Shown: positions 9,258 through 18,931 of the stretch, one piece after another
Layout of the letters: each line of letters opens with the position of its first letter
How positions within the stretch are numbered: the stretch's first letter is position 1
Source of the DNA: Pseudomonadota bacterium
Lineage (GTDB): Bacteria > Desulfobacterota > Desulfobacteria > Desulfobacterales > JBDRRP01
Assembly: GCA_043825735.1 (NCBI GenBank)
Contig: JBDRRP010000115.1
Coordinates: 1 to 64,000 of the forward strand
DNA: 64,000 nucleotides
Direction: 5' to 3'
Made by a program: the position numbers and the translations under genes
The notes under the pieces: model-generated
What the model was told of the DNA's origin: nothing
The model's input: the letters and a program-made list of their open reading frames with translations, nothing else
Databases searched by the model: none

Positions 9258-9477
9258 AATTCATCCTGTCGGCAAACGTTGAGGTCAGTGGTGGTGGTGG
9301 CTCTGGCGGTCCGGGTGGCGCAGCGGCCGCGGCCGGTAGGCCGGCCGACACCGTCACGGATGGTTAGGATATTTAGCGAAAGGGACGGACGATTGCAAGG
9401 GTGGGAAGGCCAAAAAAGGCAACGGGTTACCGAATTATTGAGAATGCTCGATTCTCAACGGTAGAAAACCGATTGAC

Positions 9478-9678
9478 GCTCGCCAAGACGCAAAGAACAC
9501 CAAGAAAACCAAAGAGATTTCTCGCGCAGGGACGCTGAGACGCAGAGAAAAGCGCGTTGAGGATTAAAAGCGGAACAACCGTCCAGCAGTTCAAGGGCGA
9601 TGGAATCGGGAGGTCCAATATTTTCAGGTTTTAATTCTATGTTCGCAGTTCTCAGCGCCCCAGCGCCTCTGCGCGAGA
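9478..9678. repeat. CGCAGAG/CGCCAAG periodic inverted-arm elements
   Basis: TCTCGCGCAGGGACGCTGAGACGCAGAG...CTCAGCGCCCCAGCGCCTCTGCGCGAGA; related to 23547-23643 and 34527-34615. Confidence 0.6.
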
Positions 9679-9729
9679 TGATGGTTTTTAGGGTTACTGG
9701 CCGCAGGCCTGGGCGCAAAGGAAAGCGAA

Positions 9730-9985
9730 CGTCCACCGTCGGCCGTGGTCTTGGCGAAGGCGGAAGGCCCGAGCATTTTTGAAACCGGAGGCGTAGCTCC
9801 GCTACGTCGAGGATTGGATGACACCCCGCAAAAGGCCGCGGGGCATCTCCCATCAAGGCATTCTGGCTATTTTAGTTCCGTTCGCCCACCCCGCGGCAAG
9901 CCGCAGGAATGGCACTCACACGCTGGTGCAAAAAGTGCGAGTACGCCGCCAGGGGCCAAAAGATGCCGTCTGCCGATGGGCACTA
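9730..9985 (-). mobile_element. Fragments of the TAGTGYCC-ended element (family II)
   Basis: Reverse complement of 9926-9985 matches 24590-24648; 9747-9791 matches the reverse complement of 15196-15240. Confidence 0.6.
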
Positions 9986-11050
9986 GTTGAAAAGCAGTCT
10001 GGTAATATCATTGTAAAACACAAAAACCATGAGCATCAGCAGGACGGCCATGCCCGCCTGCTGGGCGATCTCCCTGACCCGGATGCTCACCGGTCTTCCG
10101 CGGACGGCCTCAAAAAAGAAAAACATCAGGTGACCGCCGTCGAGCACGGGGATGGGCAACACGTTTAAAATGGCCAGATTGATGCTGATCAGGGCGGTAA
10201 AAAACAGCAGGTTCACCGCGCCTTCTTTTGCCTGCTGCCCGGCCATTTCGGCAATCATGATCGGCCCGCCGATGGTCTTGGTGGAGATGGCGCCCTGGAT
10301 CAGCTTGACGATGCTGGTCACTGTCAGCGCAGTGACCTGATAGGTCTGCGAGACGCTGTGGGTAATCGCCTCGATGGGGTTGAGGCGCACGACCCGGATC
10401 TCGCCGGCGGAGCCGATGCCCAGCATATAACGGTCGATGTCTTCACCGAAAATATTCTTGGAAGGCTGGCGCGCGGGGGTGGCGGTCACCGCCACCGGGG
10501 CGTCGCCGCGCAATAAATCGATCTCCAGCGTTCGACCGCCACTCTCTGAAATGAGCCGCGCCATCTCATCCCACTGATCCACGCGGGTGCCGTTGATGGC
10601 GGTGATCCGGTCACCGGGGCGAATGCCGGCCATGGCCGCCGGCGTCCCGTCTGCCACCCGCCCGATAACGGGCTCCAGCACATGGAGGCCCACGACTTGA
10701 AAAATCCCGTAAAAGATCAGGAAAGCCAGCACGACATTGGAAAACGGTCCGGCCGCCACGATGCAGATACGCTGAAAGACGCTCTTATGGGTAAACGAGT
10801 AGGGTAAATCAGCCGGATCGATATCGCTGTCGGGATCCTCCCCCACCATTTTCACGTAGCCCCCCAGCGGAATGGCGCTGAGCCGGTAATCGGTACGCCC
10901 GATGGTTTTTCCGGCGATCCGCGGGCCAAAACCCAGGGAAAACTTTTCGACCCCCACGCCAAAAAGCCGGGCAACCAGAAAATGTCCCAGTTCGTGAGCG
11001 AAGATCAACACGCCCAGTACGAGCACGAATGCAATGATGCTGATTCCCAC
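9983..11050 (-). CDS. rseP: RIP metalloprotease RseP
   Basis: HELGH, FSLGFG, PDZ domain, NVLPIPVLDGG; GTG start after GGAG. Confidence 0.95.
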   Translation of the reverse strand: MGISIIAFVLVLGVLIFAHELGHFLVARLFGVGVEKFSLGFGPRIAGKTIGRTDYRLSAIPLGGYVKMVGEDPDSDIDPADLPYSFTHKSVFQRICIVAAGPFSNVVLAFLIFYGIFQVVGLHVLEPVIGRVADGTPAAMAGIRPGDRITAINGTRVDQWDEMARLISESGGRTLEIDLLRGDAPVAVTATPARQPSKNIFGEDIDRYMLGIGSAGEIRVVRLNPIEAITHSVSQTYQVTALTVTSIVKLIQGAISTKTIGGPIMIAEMAGQQAKEGAVNLLFFTALISINLAILNVLPIPVLDGGHLMFFFFEAVRGRPVSIRVREIAQQAGMAVLLMLMVFVFYNDITRLLFN

Positions 11051-11118
11051 CTTGTCTCCCAACACCGGGCATCAATATGTCCCGGCAATCAGTCCGAAAT
11101 TTTATATGAAACTCAAGT

Positions 11119-11452
11119 TTGACAAACTCGTAAAAAGCAATTTTCTCGCAAAGGCGCCAAGATCGCCAAGAAACAAAATTATACGCTTATGCAGAAAGCG
11201 CCAGTGGGTCTTTTCCCAAAATGCCGTTGAACCAGTCACGGAGGACACGGAGATTTTACAAACAAAAAACAACTACTTTTGATTTTCTCCGTACCCTCCG
11301 TGACTGGTGATCCCAATGTCATCGGGGCCACCGGTCTTTGACGCTAAACTGAAGCTTCATAGAGAAGCAGAATAAATTACTTACATCAATGCGTTAGCTT
11401 TGCGATCTTTGCGGCTTTGCGAGAGCTCCCGACTTTTTTACCTGGCCATCAA
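11119..11452. mobile_element. Family I element carrying a nested CACGGAG element
   Basis: TTGACAAACTCGTAAAAAG...CTTTTTTACCTGGCCATCAA ends; CTCGCAAAG...CTTTGCGAGAG arms; inner CCAGTCACGGAGGACACGGAG...CTCCGTACCCTCCGTGACTGG. Confidence 0.65.
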
Positions 11453-11548
11453 TTATTCCCGGCTTATCAGTTTACCCCGACGCCCGGCCGTTGATGCCTA
11501 CCGGCGCCGGAGCGATAACGCCAACTATAACCATTGGTGTAGCGTTTT

Positions 11549-12712
11549 TCAAATACCCAGGCTGGAAATCCAGCCGGCGGCCGCCTGCCGTGCCCACGCA
11601 TCGGCCGCGACAACGGCCTCGAGCGTTACGGGGCCCGCCGCCGGAAACTGGTCCAGCGTCTGTCTGATGACCCGGGGAATGTCGACAAATTCAATACGCG
11701 CGCCGAGAAACGCCTCGACCGCCACCTCATTGGCTGCGTTGAGAACAGCCGGCCACGTGCCGCCGGCGTTGATGGCCTCGAACGCCATGGCCAGGCAAGG
11801 AAACTTCCCAAAATCGGGGGCCTCAAACTGCAGCTGGGCCAGGTCGATGAAATCCGGCGCAGGCACCCCGATGGGCAGCCGCTCGGGATGACTCAGTGCG
11901 TAGGCGATCGCGCCCTTCATGTCGGGGGCGCCCATCTGCGCCAGCACGCTGCCGTCCCGGTAGACCACCATGGAATGGACTATGGATTGGGGATGCACCA
12001 GCACGGAAATCTGGTCCAACGAAACGCCGAACAGGTGTTTGGCCTCGATCACTTCGAGCCCCTTGTTCATCATTGTCGCCGAATCGATGGTGATTTTTCG
12101 ACCCATGGCCCAGTTGGGATGGCGTAGTGCATCGGCCAGGGTAATGCGCGGGAAATCCGACAGCGGCCAGGTGCGAAACGGTCCCCCCGATCCGGTGAGC
12201 AGCAGCCGGGCCACGTCCTGGCGCCGGTTGCCCGCCAGGCACTGGAAGATGGCACTGTGTTCGCTGTCCACCGGCACGATGGCCGCACCGTGCTTTAGGG
12301 CCAGCGGTATCACCAGCTCTCCGGCCATCACCAGGGTTTCCTTGTTGGCCAGCGCCACGGTCTTGCCCGCTTCGATGGCGGCAATGGTGGGCATGAGCCC
12401 GGCAGCACCCACCACGGCCGTCACCACGGTGTCCACACCGTCAGCGGCAGCTGCCTGGCAACAACCGTCGATGCCGATGAGCAATTCGGTGCGGACCCCT
12501 GCCGGCAGTTGCTTGCGCAGCGCGGCGGTGTGGTCCGCATCACCCATGACGGCCACCTCCGGCGCAAATTCAACGATCTGGGCGGCCAGGGCGGCGGTGC
12601 TGGTGTTGGCGCTCAGGGCCCGAACGCGAAACCGTTCTGGAAAGCGCCGCACGATTTCCAGGGCATTGGTACCGATGGAGCCCGTAGATCCTAATATGGC
12701 GAGATGTTTCAT
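11549..12712 (-). CDS. dxr: 1-deoxy-D-xylulose 5-phosphate reductoisomerase
   Basis: ILGSTGSIG, LANKE, PVDSEH, HPNW.MG.KITIDSAT. Confidence 0.97.
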   Translation of the reverse strand: MKHLAILGSTGSIGTNALEIVRRFPERFRVRALSANTSTAALAAQIVEFAPEVAVMGDADHTAALRKQLPAGVRTELLIGIDGCCQAAAADGVDTVVTAVVGAAGLMPTIAAIEAGKTVALANKETLVMAGELVIPLALKHGAAIVPVDSEHSAIFQCLAGNRRQDVARLLLTGSGGPFRTWPLSDFPRITLADALRHPNWAMGRKITIDSATMMNKGLEVIEAKHLFGVSLDQISVLVHPQSIVHSMVVYRDGSVLAQMGAPDMKGAIAYALSHPERLPIGVPAPDFIDLAQLQFEAPDFGKFPCLAMAFEAINAGGTWPAVLNAANEVAVEAFLGARIEFVDIPRVIRQTLDQFPAAGPVTLEAVVAADAWARQAAAGWISSLGI

Positions 12713-12760
12713 GTTATCGTGCCGTCAGGAGCGGTGGTGCGTAAGATGCCCGCTTTCAGT

Positions 12761-12896
12761 TTGATTGCTTTGTAAAAAAACCGAAATCACCACGGAGTCA
12801 CGGAGCACACGGAGAAAACAAAGCAGTAGTTGTTGATTACAAAATCTCCGTGTCCTCCGTGACTCTGTGGTTCAAATTACTTTTTGCGGACTATAA
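12761..12896. mobile_element. Degenerate family I element with CACGGAG arms
   Basis: TTGATTGCTTTGTAAAAAA...CACCACGGAGTCACGGAG...CTCCGTGACTCTGTGGT...CTTTTTGCGGACTATAA. Confidence 0.6.
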
Positions 12897-12901
12897 GTCG
12901 G

Positions 12902-13708
12902 TTATTGCAAGAATACGCGAAAGGCGTAGGCCACCGGCACCGCGAACAGCAGCGCGTCGATGCGGTCCAGGAGCCCACCGTGCCCGGGCATGATGCTGCC
13001 GGAATCCTTGACGCCGTGGGTGCGTTTGATGACCGATTCGAAAAGATCCCCCAGGGGCCCTGCAATCCCGATCCCGATGATGCACAAAAGGCATCCTGCC
13101 AGCGGAAACCGGTTGAGAAAAAGGGCCCAGAACACACATCCCACCAGAAAACAGGCGGTGAGACCGCCGGCCGAGCCTTCCAGTGTTTTGCCAGGACTGA
13201 CGGCCGGCCATAATTTTCGTCGCCCCCACCGGGTGCCGGCGAAATAGGCGGCCACGTCGTTGGCAAAAACAATGCAGAGAATGAAAAAAATCCATGCGAT
13301 CCCGTCGGCCATTCCCCGGATGAGCACAATGAGCCCCAGCGGTACTGAAATATAGCACACGCCCAGAAAATAGTGGGGCACTGCGTTGAAGACGGTGGCT
13401 TTCGATGGATAGCAGGCGATCGTCACGGCGCCGAACCCCACCAGGAACAGTGCACTCGCCGCCATCAGGGCGGGCGCGCTTCCCAGCAGGGCACTGAGCA
13501 GCATCACCGGAACGCTCAACAGGGCCAGGGCCGCAAGTCCCCGCTCGGAGGCCGCGGCGCCGTCACCCCCGACCATGCGTAGATATTCCCACATGGCGAT
13601 GAGGCCGGCGAGGGCCACAAATGCCGTAAACCACGGGCCGCCAACCACGATGAAACCGATAAGGACCGGCAGGGGGATAAGGGCGCTGATGATGCGTGTC
13701 GTATGCAT
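12902..13708 (-). CDS. cdsA: Phosphatidate cytidylyltransferase
   Basis: SPGKTLEG, GDLFES.IKR..GVKDSG.IMPGHGG.LDR.D. Confidence 0.95.
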   Translation of the reverse strand: MHTTRIISALIPLPVLIGFIVVGGPWFTAFVALAGLIAMWEYLRMVGGDGAAASERGLAALALLSVPVMLLSALLGSAPALMAASALFLVGFGAVTIACYPSKATVFNAVPHYFLGVCYISVPLGLIVLIRGMADGIAWIFFILCIVFANDVAAYFAGTRWGRRKLWPAVSPGKTLEGSAGGLTACFLVGCVFWALFLNRFPLAGCLLCIIGIGIAGPLGDLFESVIKRTHGVKDSGSIMPGHGGLLDRIDALLFAVPVAYAFRVFLQ

Positions 13709-13734
13709 GGCGTTATAATAAGCGCTTTTTTAAT

Positions 13735-13856
13735 CACCACGAAGCACACGAAGCACACGAAGTTTTTTTATAACCGTTTACGCTTCTCTAATAAGCGCCA
13801 GTTATGGCCATTTCGGTTCAGAAGTTTTTCTTCGTGGCCTTCGTGTACTTCGTGGT
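13735..13856. repeat. CACGAAG 9-periodic inverted-arm element
   Basis: CACCACGAAGCACACGAAGCACACGAAG...CTTCGTGGCCTTCGTGTACTTCGTGGT; relatives at 41326-41402 and 55652-55680. Confidence 0.65.
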
Positions 13857-13905
13857 AAATGATTCATTGACAAGAATCGGTCTTCGACCCATCCGTGGAT
13901 GGCCG

Positions 13906-14640
13906 CTAACGGACAGCGCCGAACCGCCGGTCCCTGGCGGCATATGCCTTGATAATGGCCGTAAATTCGGCCTCGGAAAAATCGGGCCAGAGCGTTTCGG
14001 TGATGAAGAGTTCCGAGTAGGCGATCTGCCACAGCAGGAAATTGCTGATTCGCTGCTCGCCGCTGGTGCGAATGAGCAGATCCGGGTCCGGGATACCGGC
14101 CATACTCAGGTGCCGGGAGACGTCCTCGGCGGTGATCGCTTCCGGGTTCAGTTCTCCTGCAGCCACGCGCCTGGCGATGGCCTGCACGGCGGCGGTGATC
14201 TCAGCCCGCCCTCCGTAACTGAGCGCCAGCGTCATGGTGAGGCGGGTGTTGTGGCGGGTGGCGGCAATGGCAAGCGCCAGCTTTTCGCGCACCCCGTCAG
14301 GCAGGCGATGCAACTCACCGATGGCATTGAGGCGGATCTGCTGCTGCTGCAGTTCGGGCAGTTCATTTTCGAGAAACCGGCCAAGCAGCACCATCAGGGC
14401 CGTCACCTCGGCCTTGGGCCGTTGCCAGTTTTCGGTAGAAAACGCATAGAGCGTCAGGTAGGGAATACCCAACGTGCCGCAGGCGCGCGCGATGAGGCGG
14501 ACCGTTTCCACGCCCCGCTCGTGTCCTTTGACGCGGTTGAGCAGTTTCTTTTTGGCCCACCGACCGTTGCCATCCATGATGATGGCCACATGGACCGGTA
14601 GCGCATCGCCGGCATGCGCGTCGGCTGCATTAGAACTCAA
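13906..14640 (-). CDS. uppS: Undecaprenyl diphosphate synthase
   Basis: HVAIIMDGNGRWA, YAFSTENW, DLLIRTSGE.R.SNFLLWQ; likely TTG start overlapping the frr stop. Confidence 0.95.
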   Translation of the reverse strand: MSSNAADAHAGDALPVHVAIIMDGNGRWAKKKLLNRVKGHERGVETVRLIARACGTLGIPYLTLYAFSTENWQRPKAEVTALMVLLGRFLENELPELQQQQIRLNAIGELHRLPDGVREKLALAIAATRHNTRLTMTLALSYGGRAEITAAVQAIARRVAAGELNPEAITAEDVSRHLSMAGIPDPDLLIRTSGEQRISNFLLWQIAYSELFITETLWPDFSEAEFTAIIKAYAARDRRFGAVR

Positions 14641-15187
14641 GAATTTCCTTCTCTTTGGCCTTGGTGAGATCATCAATGGCTTTGATGAACTCATCGGTCG
14701 TCTCCTGAACCCGATCCTGGCCTTTGAAGGCGTCGTCTTCGGAAATGTCGCCGTCTTTTTTCGCCATCTTCAGCAGCTCATTGCTGTCGCGCCGGATATT
14801 GCGAACCGCAACTTTATGCTCTTCGCCGATCTTATAAACCACCTTGACCAGATCTTTTCGCCGGGCCTCCGTGAGCGGAGGAATTGCGAGACGAATCAGC
14901 TTGCCGTCGTTGGAAGGCGTCAGGCCCAGGTCAGATTTGAGAATGGCCTTCTCGATTTCCTTGAGCACCGACGTATCCCAGGGCTGGATGGTAATGAGCC
15001 GGCTTTCCGGCACACTCAGGGAGGCCATCTGGTTGAGCGGAGTGTAGGTCCCGTAGTAATCGACACGGACGCCGTCAAGCAGGCTGAGGGAAGCGCGTCC
15101 GGTGCGTACCCGGCTCAGTTCGACTTTCATCGCCTCGGTGGTTTTGGCCATCCGTTCCCTGGTTTCCTTGATCGTGGATTCAATCAT
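14630..15187 (-). CDS. frr: Ribosome recycling factor
   Basis: RTGRAS, VDYYG..TPLNQ, PPLTE.RR; GGAGG 8 nt before ATG 15187. Confidence 0.97.
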   Translation of the reverse strand: MIESTIKETRERMAKTTEAMKVELSRVRTGRASLSLLDGVRVDYYGTYTPLNQMASLSVPESRLITIQPWDTSVLKEIEKAILKSDLGLTPSNDGKLIRLAIPPLTEARRKDLVKVVYKIGEEHKVAVRNIRRDSNELLKMAKKDGDISEDDAFKGQDRVQETTDEFIKAIDDLTKAKEKEILEF

Positions 15188-15195
15188 GTCAGCCA

Positions 15196-15297
15196 CCTCC
15201 GGTTTCGAAAATGCTCAGGCCTTCCGCCGTCGCCAAGACCAAGGCTATGGCGGACAAGTGCTCTGAACCAAAATCTACCATTTCTGGACGGGCACTA
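15196..15297. mobile_element. Half copy of family II element between pyrH and frr
   Basis: AAAATGCTCAGGCCTT...GAACCAAAATCTACC...TGGACGGGCACTA matches 24682-24736. Confidence 0.65.
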
Positions 15298-15316
15298 TGG
15301 CGCTCCCAGCCCATGA

Positions 15317-16036
15317 TCACGCGTTGGAGATTCTCGTACCGATAGTTTCTCCGCAGACGACCCGGCGGATGTTGCCCTCCGTTTTGAGATTGAACACCGC
15401 CAGCGGCAGAGAGTTATCCATGGCCAGTGATATGGCCGTCATGTCCATAACCTTGAGTTGACGCTCGATGACCTCCATGTAGGTGATCTTTTTCACAAAC
15501 CGGGCATCCGGATTCTTTTCCGGGTCCGAATCGAAAAGGCCATCCACTTTGGTTGCTTTGAGCAGGATTTCCGCGTGGATTTCCTGCGCCCGCAGCACGG
15601 CCGCCGTATCAGTGGTAAAGTAGGGGTTGCCCGTACCGGCCGCAAAAATGACCACACGGTTTTTTTCAAGATGGCGCACCGCCCGCCGGAGAATGTAGGG
15701 TTCGGCCACCTCGTGCATGGAGATGGCCGACTGGACGCGGGTCTGGGTCCCCTTTTTTTCAAGGGCATCCTGCAAGGCGAGACTGTTGATCACTGTGGCC
15801 AGCATTCCCATATGGTCGGCGGATGCCCGGTCCATGTCATAGCTGCTGGCGGCAATACCGCGAAAGATATTGCCGCCCCCGACCACGATGGCGACTTGAA
15901 CACCCATCTGCACCACCGAACGCACCTCTTCGGCAACAGTCTTGATGACATCGGGTTTGATACCGAACCCCTGGTCCCCCATGAGGGCTTCGCCGCTGAG
16001 TTTGAGCAAAATGCGTTTGTATTGTGGCCGATTCAA
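15317..16036 (-). CDS. pyrH: UMP kinase
   Basis: [33 protein letters not shown]. Confidence 0.97.
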   Translation of the reverse strand: MNRPQYKRILLKLSGEALMGDQGFGIKPDVIKTVAEEVRSVVQMGVQVAIVVGGGNIFRGIAASSYDMDRASADHMGMLATVINSLALQDALEKKGTQTRVQSAISMHEVAEPYILRRAVRHLEKNRVVIFAAGTGNPYFTTDTAAVLRAQEIHAEILLKATKVDGLFDSDPEKNPDARFVKKITYMEVIERQLKVMDMTAISLAMDNSLPLAVFNLKTEGNIRRVVCGETIGTRISNA

Positions 16037-16039
16037 AGG

Positions 16040-16636
16040 CTATTCTCCCAGCTGAAAACGGACAAAGCGCTTGATGACGATGTTCTCCCCGATCTTGGCA
16101 ATCATCTGATTGAGCAAATCGGCAATGGTCAGGGTGTTATCGCGCACGTACGCCTGGTTCATCAGGCAGCTGTCCTTGTAGTACTTCTGGATTTTGCCTT
16201 CGACGATTTTTTCGATCATCTTTTCGGGTTTTCCAAGCTCCAAAGCCTGCGCCCGATAGATCGCCCGTTCCCGGTTGATCACCTCTTCAGGCACATCCGC
16301 CTCACGGATGCCAACCGGGTTGATGGCGGCAATGTGCATGGCCAGATTCCTGGCAAATTCCTGGAAGTCTTCGTTTTTGGCCACGAAATCGGTCTCGCAG
16401 TTGACTTCCACCATGACGCCGAGTTTGCCGCCCATGTGGATGTAGGACTGGATCACGCCTTCGGACAAGGCTCTTCCGGCGCGTTTGGCTGCCGTGGCAA
16501 GGCCCTTCTTGCGGAGAAAATCGGTCGCCTTTTCGATATCCCCGGCGCATTCTTTCAGCGCCTCTTTGCAATCCATCATTCCGGCTCCGGTTTTCTCCCG
16601 GAGCTCTTTAACCAGTGAAGCAGTGATGTCTGCCAT
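16040..16636 (-). CDS. tsf: Elongation factor Ts (short form)
   Basis: VKELREKTGAGMMDCKEAL, EVNCETDFVA. Confidence 0.97.
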   Translation of the reverse strand: MADITASLVKELREKTGAGMMDCKEALKECAGDIEKATDFLRKKGLATAAKRAGRALSEGVIQSYIHMGGKLGVMVEVNCETDFVAKNEDFQEFARNLAMHIAAINPVGIREADVPEEVINRERAIYRAQALELGKPEKMIEKIVEGKIQKYYKDSCLMNQAYVRDNTLTIADLLNQMIAKIGENIVIKRFVRFQLGE

Positions 16637-16665
16637 TATCTTTTTCTCCCGTGATTGCTTACAGT

Positions 16666-17532
16666 TTAATGCGCGTCAGTGGCTTCCGCAGCATCGACGC
16701 TTCCTCTTTTGATGATTTCCACCACGGGGCCGTCGCTCCCGTCGGAGATTACCTTTCGCTCGCCCGGCTTCAGCTCTGAGCTCACCGAAGCGATCTCGGT
16801 TGGCTCCTCGATGTCTTCCTTATCGACTTCCGCCTGCCGCTTTTCTTCGTAGCGCGCGGCGCCTGCGATACAGGCGTCGGCAATCCGTGACGTGATCAGC
16901 CGGATGGAACGGATGGCGTCGTCGTTTCCGGGGATGATGTAATCGATGTCTTCAGGATCGCAGTTGGTGTCGACGATGGCCACGATGGGAATCCCCAACC
17001 GGCGGCCTTCCCTTACGGCAATGGTCTCATTTTTGGGATCAACGATGAACATGGCCCCGGGCAATTTGGTCATATTTTTGATGCCGCCCAGGGTGGCGTC
17101 CAATTTGCCCCGCTCTTTGGCCAGCTTGAGGCGTTCCTTTTTGGGAAACAAGTTGATCGAGCCGTCAACCTCTATTTCATTGAGATAATTGAGCCGGTCG
17201 ATGCTCTGCTTGATGGTCTGGAAATTGGTCATCATCCCGCCAAGCCAGCGGTTGTGGACATAATACATTTCGCACCGGTTGGCCTCTTCGTAGATGGATT
17301 CGCGCGCCTGTTTCTTGGTGCCGACAAACAGTACGGATTTACCTCTGCTGACGGTATCCGTGATGAAGTCGTAGGCGGAGCGGAACATCCGGACGGTTTT
17401 TTGAAGATCGAGGATGTAGATGCCGTTACGCGCACCGAAAATATAGGGTTTCATTTTCGGGTTCCAGCGTTTGGTCTGGTGACCGAAATGGACGCCCGCT
17501 TCCAAAAGTTCCTTCATCGTAATCTGAGCCAT
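16666..17532 (-). CDS. rpsB: 30S ribosomal protein S2
   Basis: [34 protein letters not shown]. Confidence 0.98.
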   Translation of the reverse strand: MAQITMKELLEAGVHFGHQTKRWNPKMKPYIFGARNGIYILDLQKTVRMFRSAYDFITDTVSRGKSVLFVGTKKQARESIYEEANRCEMYYVHNRWLGGMMTNFQTIKQSIDRLNYLNEIEVDGSINLFPKKERLKLAKERGKLDATLGGIKNMTKLPGAMFIVDPKNETIAVREGRRLGIPIVAIVDTNCDPEDIDYIIPGNDDAIRSIRLITSRIADACIAGAARYEEKRQAEVDKEDIEEPTEIASVSSELKPGERKVISDGSDGPVVEIIKRGSVDAAEATDAH

Positions 17533-17549
17533 TGTACTAATCCTTTCTA

Positions 17550-17640
17550 AACGGTGGTTGGACGTGCGCTCTCATCATCCCCGCCATCCGATCCCGCCAT
17601 AGTCGGGACACCGGGATGCGGGTCAAAGAGCGTGCGAGTT
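17550..17640 (-). ncRNA. Putative rpsB leader (t44/S2 autoregulatory structure)
   Basis: CGCTCT...AGAGCG stem enclosing CCGGTGTCCC...GGGATCGG, directly upstream of rpsB; resembles the E. coli t44 core as recalled. Confidence 0.5.
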
Positions 17641-17730
17641 AAAAACGAGTTTAGGTACCAAAAAACCCCTCAGGTAGCAACTGATTTTTTTACAGTATTA
17701 ATCGCAATACTTATAGCTCAGTGATGTTGA

Positions 17731-17982
17731 ACCACGGAGTCACGGAGGACACGGAGATTTGTTAATCAAATTTGATGGATCCGTAAAAGCACAAAAAGCC
17801 GTCACTCCGGCGACCTGTCCGCCACAGCGTAGCGACGGTGGAAGGCCGGGGTCCAGAACTACCTGAAATCACTGGATCCCGGCCTCGGCCGGGATGACTG
17901 AAAGAGGAAAGATCCGACTTTTTATCGGTTCATCAAAATTTACTGCTTTTGAGTTTCTCCGTGTTCTCCGTGACTCGGTGGT
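17731..17982. mobile_element. Four-level nested palindromic composite
   Basis: CACGGAG arms enclose family I ends, which enclose a CGTC REP doublet, which contains a small hairpin insert (see findings). Confidence 0.75.
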
Positions 17983-18022
17983 GATATCATTTGTGTTTTC
18001 CATTCACAGCTCATCCGATTCC

Positions 18023-18931
18023 CTACTCTGCCGGCGTCGATGCCACCTTGAGGCGCAACACCCGGTCATGGCCGGCATAATCGGCCAGGCACCGGATACT
18101 TTCGAATCCGCCGGCAGCGGCGGCCAGCGCTTCAAGATCGCGGCGCTGGCGATATCCCATTTCCAAGAAAAGGTAGCCGCCGGGCAGGATGCAGCGCCGA
18201 GCATCTTCCAGAATAAACCGGTAGGCATCAAGCCCGTCCTCACCACCGCACAGGGCAACGGCAGGCTCGTGAACGCACACCTCCGGATCCAGCCCCGCCC
18301 ACTCATCGGCCCGGATATACGGCGGATTGGAAACGATGACTTGAAACATCGGCCGGCGGCCGGTGACCGCCGAGAGCCAGTCGCCCTGGAAAAAGTCGAT
18401 GTTCTGCGCAACGCCGTGACGCCGCGCATTGTCTCTGGCCACTTCGAGCGCCGCCAGGCTCCGGTCCATGGCTACAAACCGATTCGCCGGCCGTTCACTG
18501 GCCAGCGCCACCGTAATGGCGCCGGAGCCGGTCCCAAGATCCAGAATGCGCCTTCGCCCGCCCTCGCCCGTTTCCGGCAACACCTCCAGAACGGCCTCTA
18601 CCAGCCGCTCGGTATCGGGCCTGGGGATGAGCACATCGGGGGTGACCCGAAGCTCGAGCCCCCAAAATTCCCTGGCGCCGGTGATATACGACACCGGCTC
18701 CCGGTTCATGCGTCGGCCAAGCAGCGCTTTGAATCGCCCGCGCTCGTCCGGGGTGAGCGGCAGATCCGGATCGGTATACAGACGTATGCGCGGGACATTC
18801 AAGCTATGGGCAAGGAGAATTTCGGCAGTGAGCCGCGGGCTGTCAATATTGCCGGCGGCAAAAAAGTCCGCGGCCCATGCAAGCAGGCGCCGAACGGTCA
18901 ACGCGGCGGCGGCGTCAGGAAATGTCGGCAT
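18023..18931 (-). CDS. prmC: Release factor glutamine methyltransferase
   Basis: [32 protein letters not shown]. Confidence 0.95.
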   Translation of the reverse strand: MPTFPDAAAALTVRRLLAWAADFFAAGNIDSPRLTAEILLAHSLNVPRIRLYTDPDLPLTPDERGRFKALLGRRMNREPVSYITGAREFWGLELRVTPDVLIPRPDTERLVEAVLEVLPETGEGGRRRILDLGTGSGAITVALASERPANRFVAMDRSLAALEVARDNARRHGVAQNIDFFQGDWLSAVTGRRPMFQVIVSNPPYIRADEWAGLDPEVCVHEPAVALCGGEDGLDAYRFILEDARRCILPGGYLFLEMGYRQRRDLEALAAAAGGFESIRCLADYAGHDRVLRLKVASTPAE

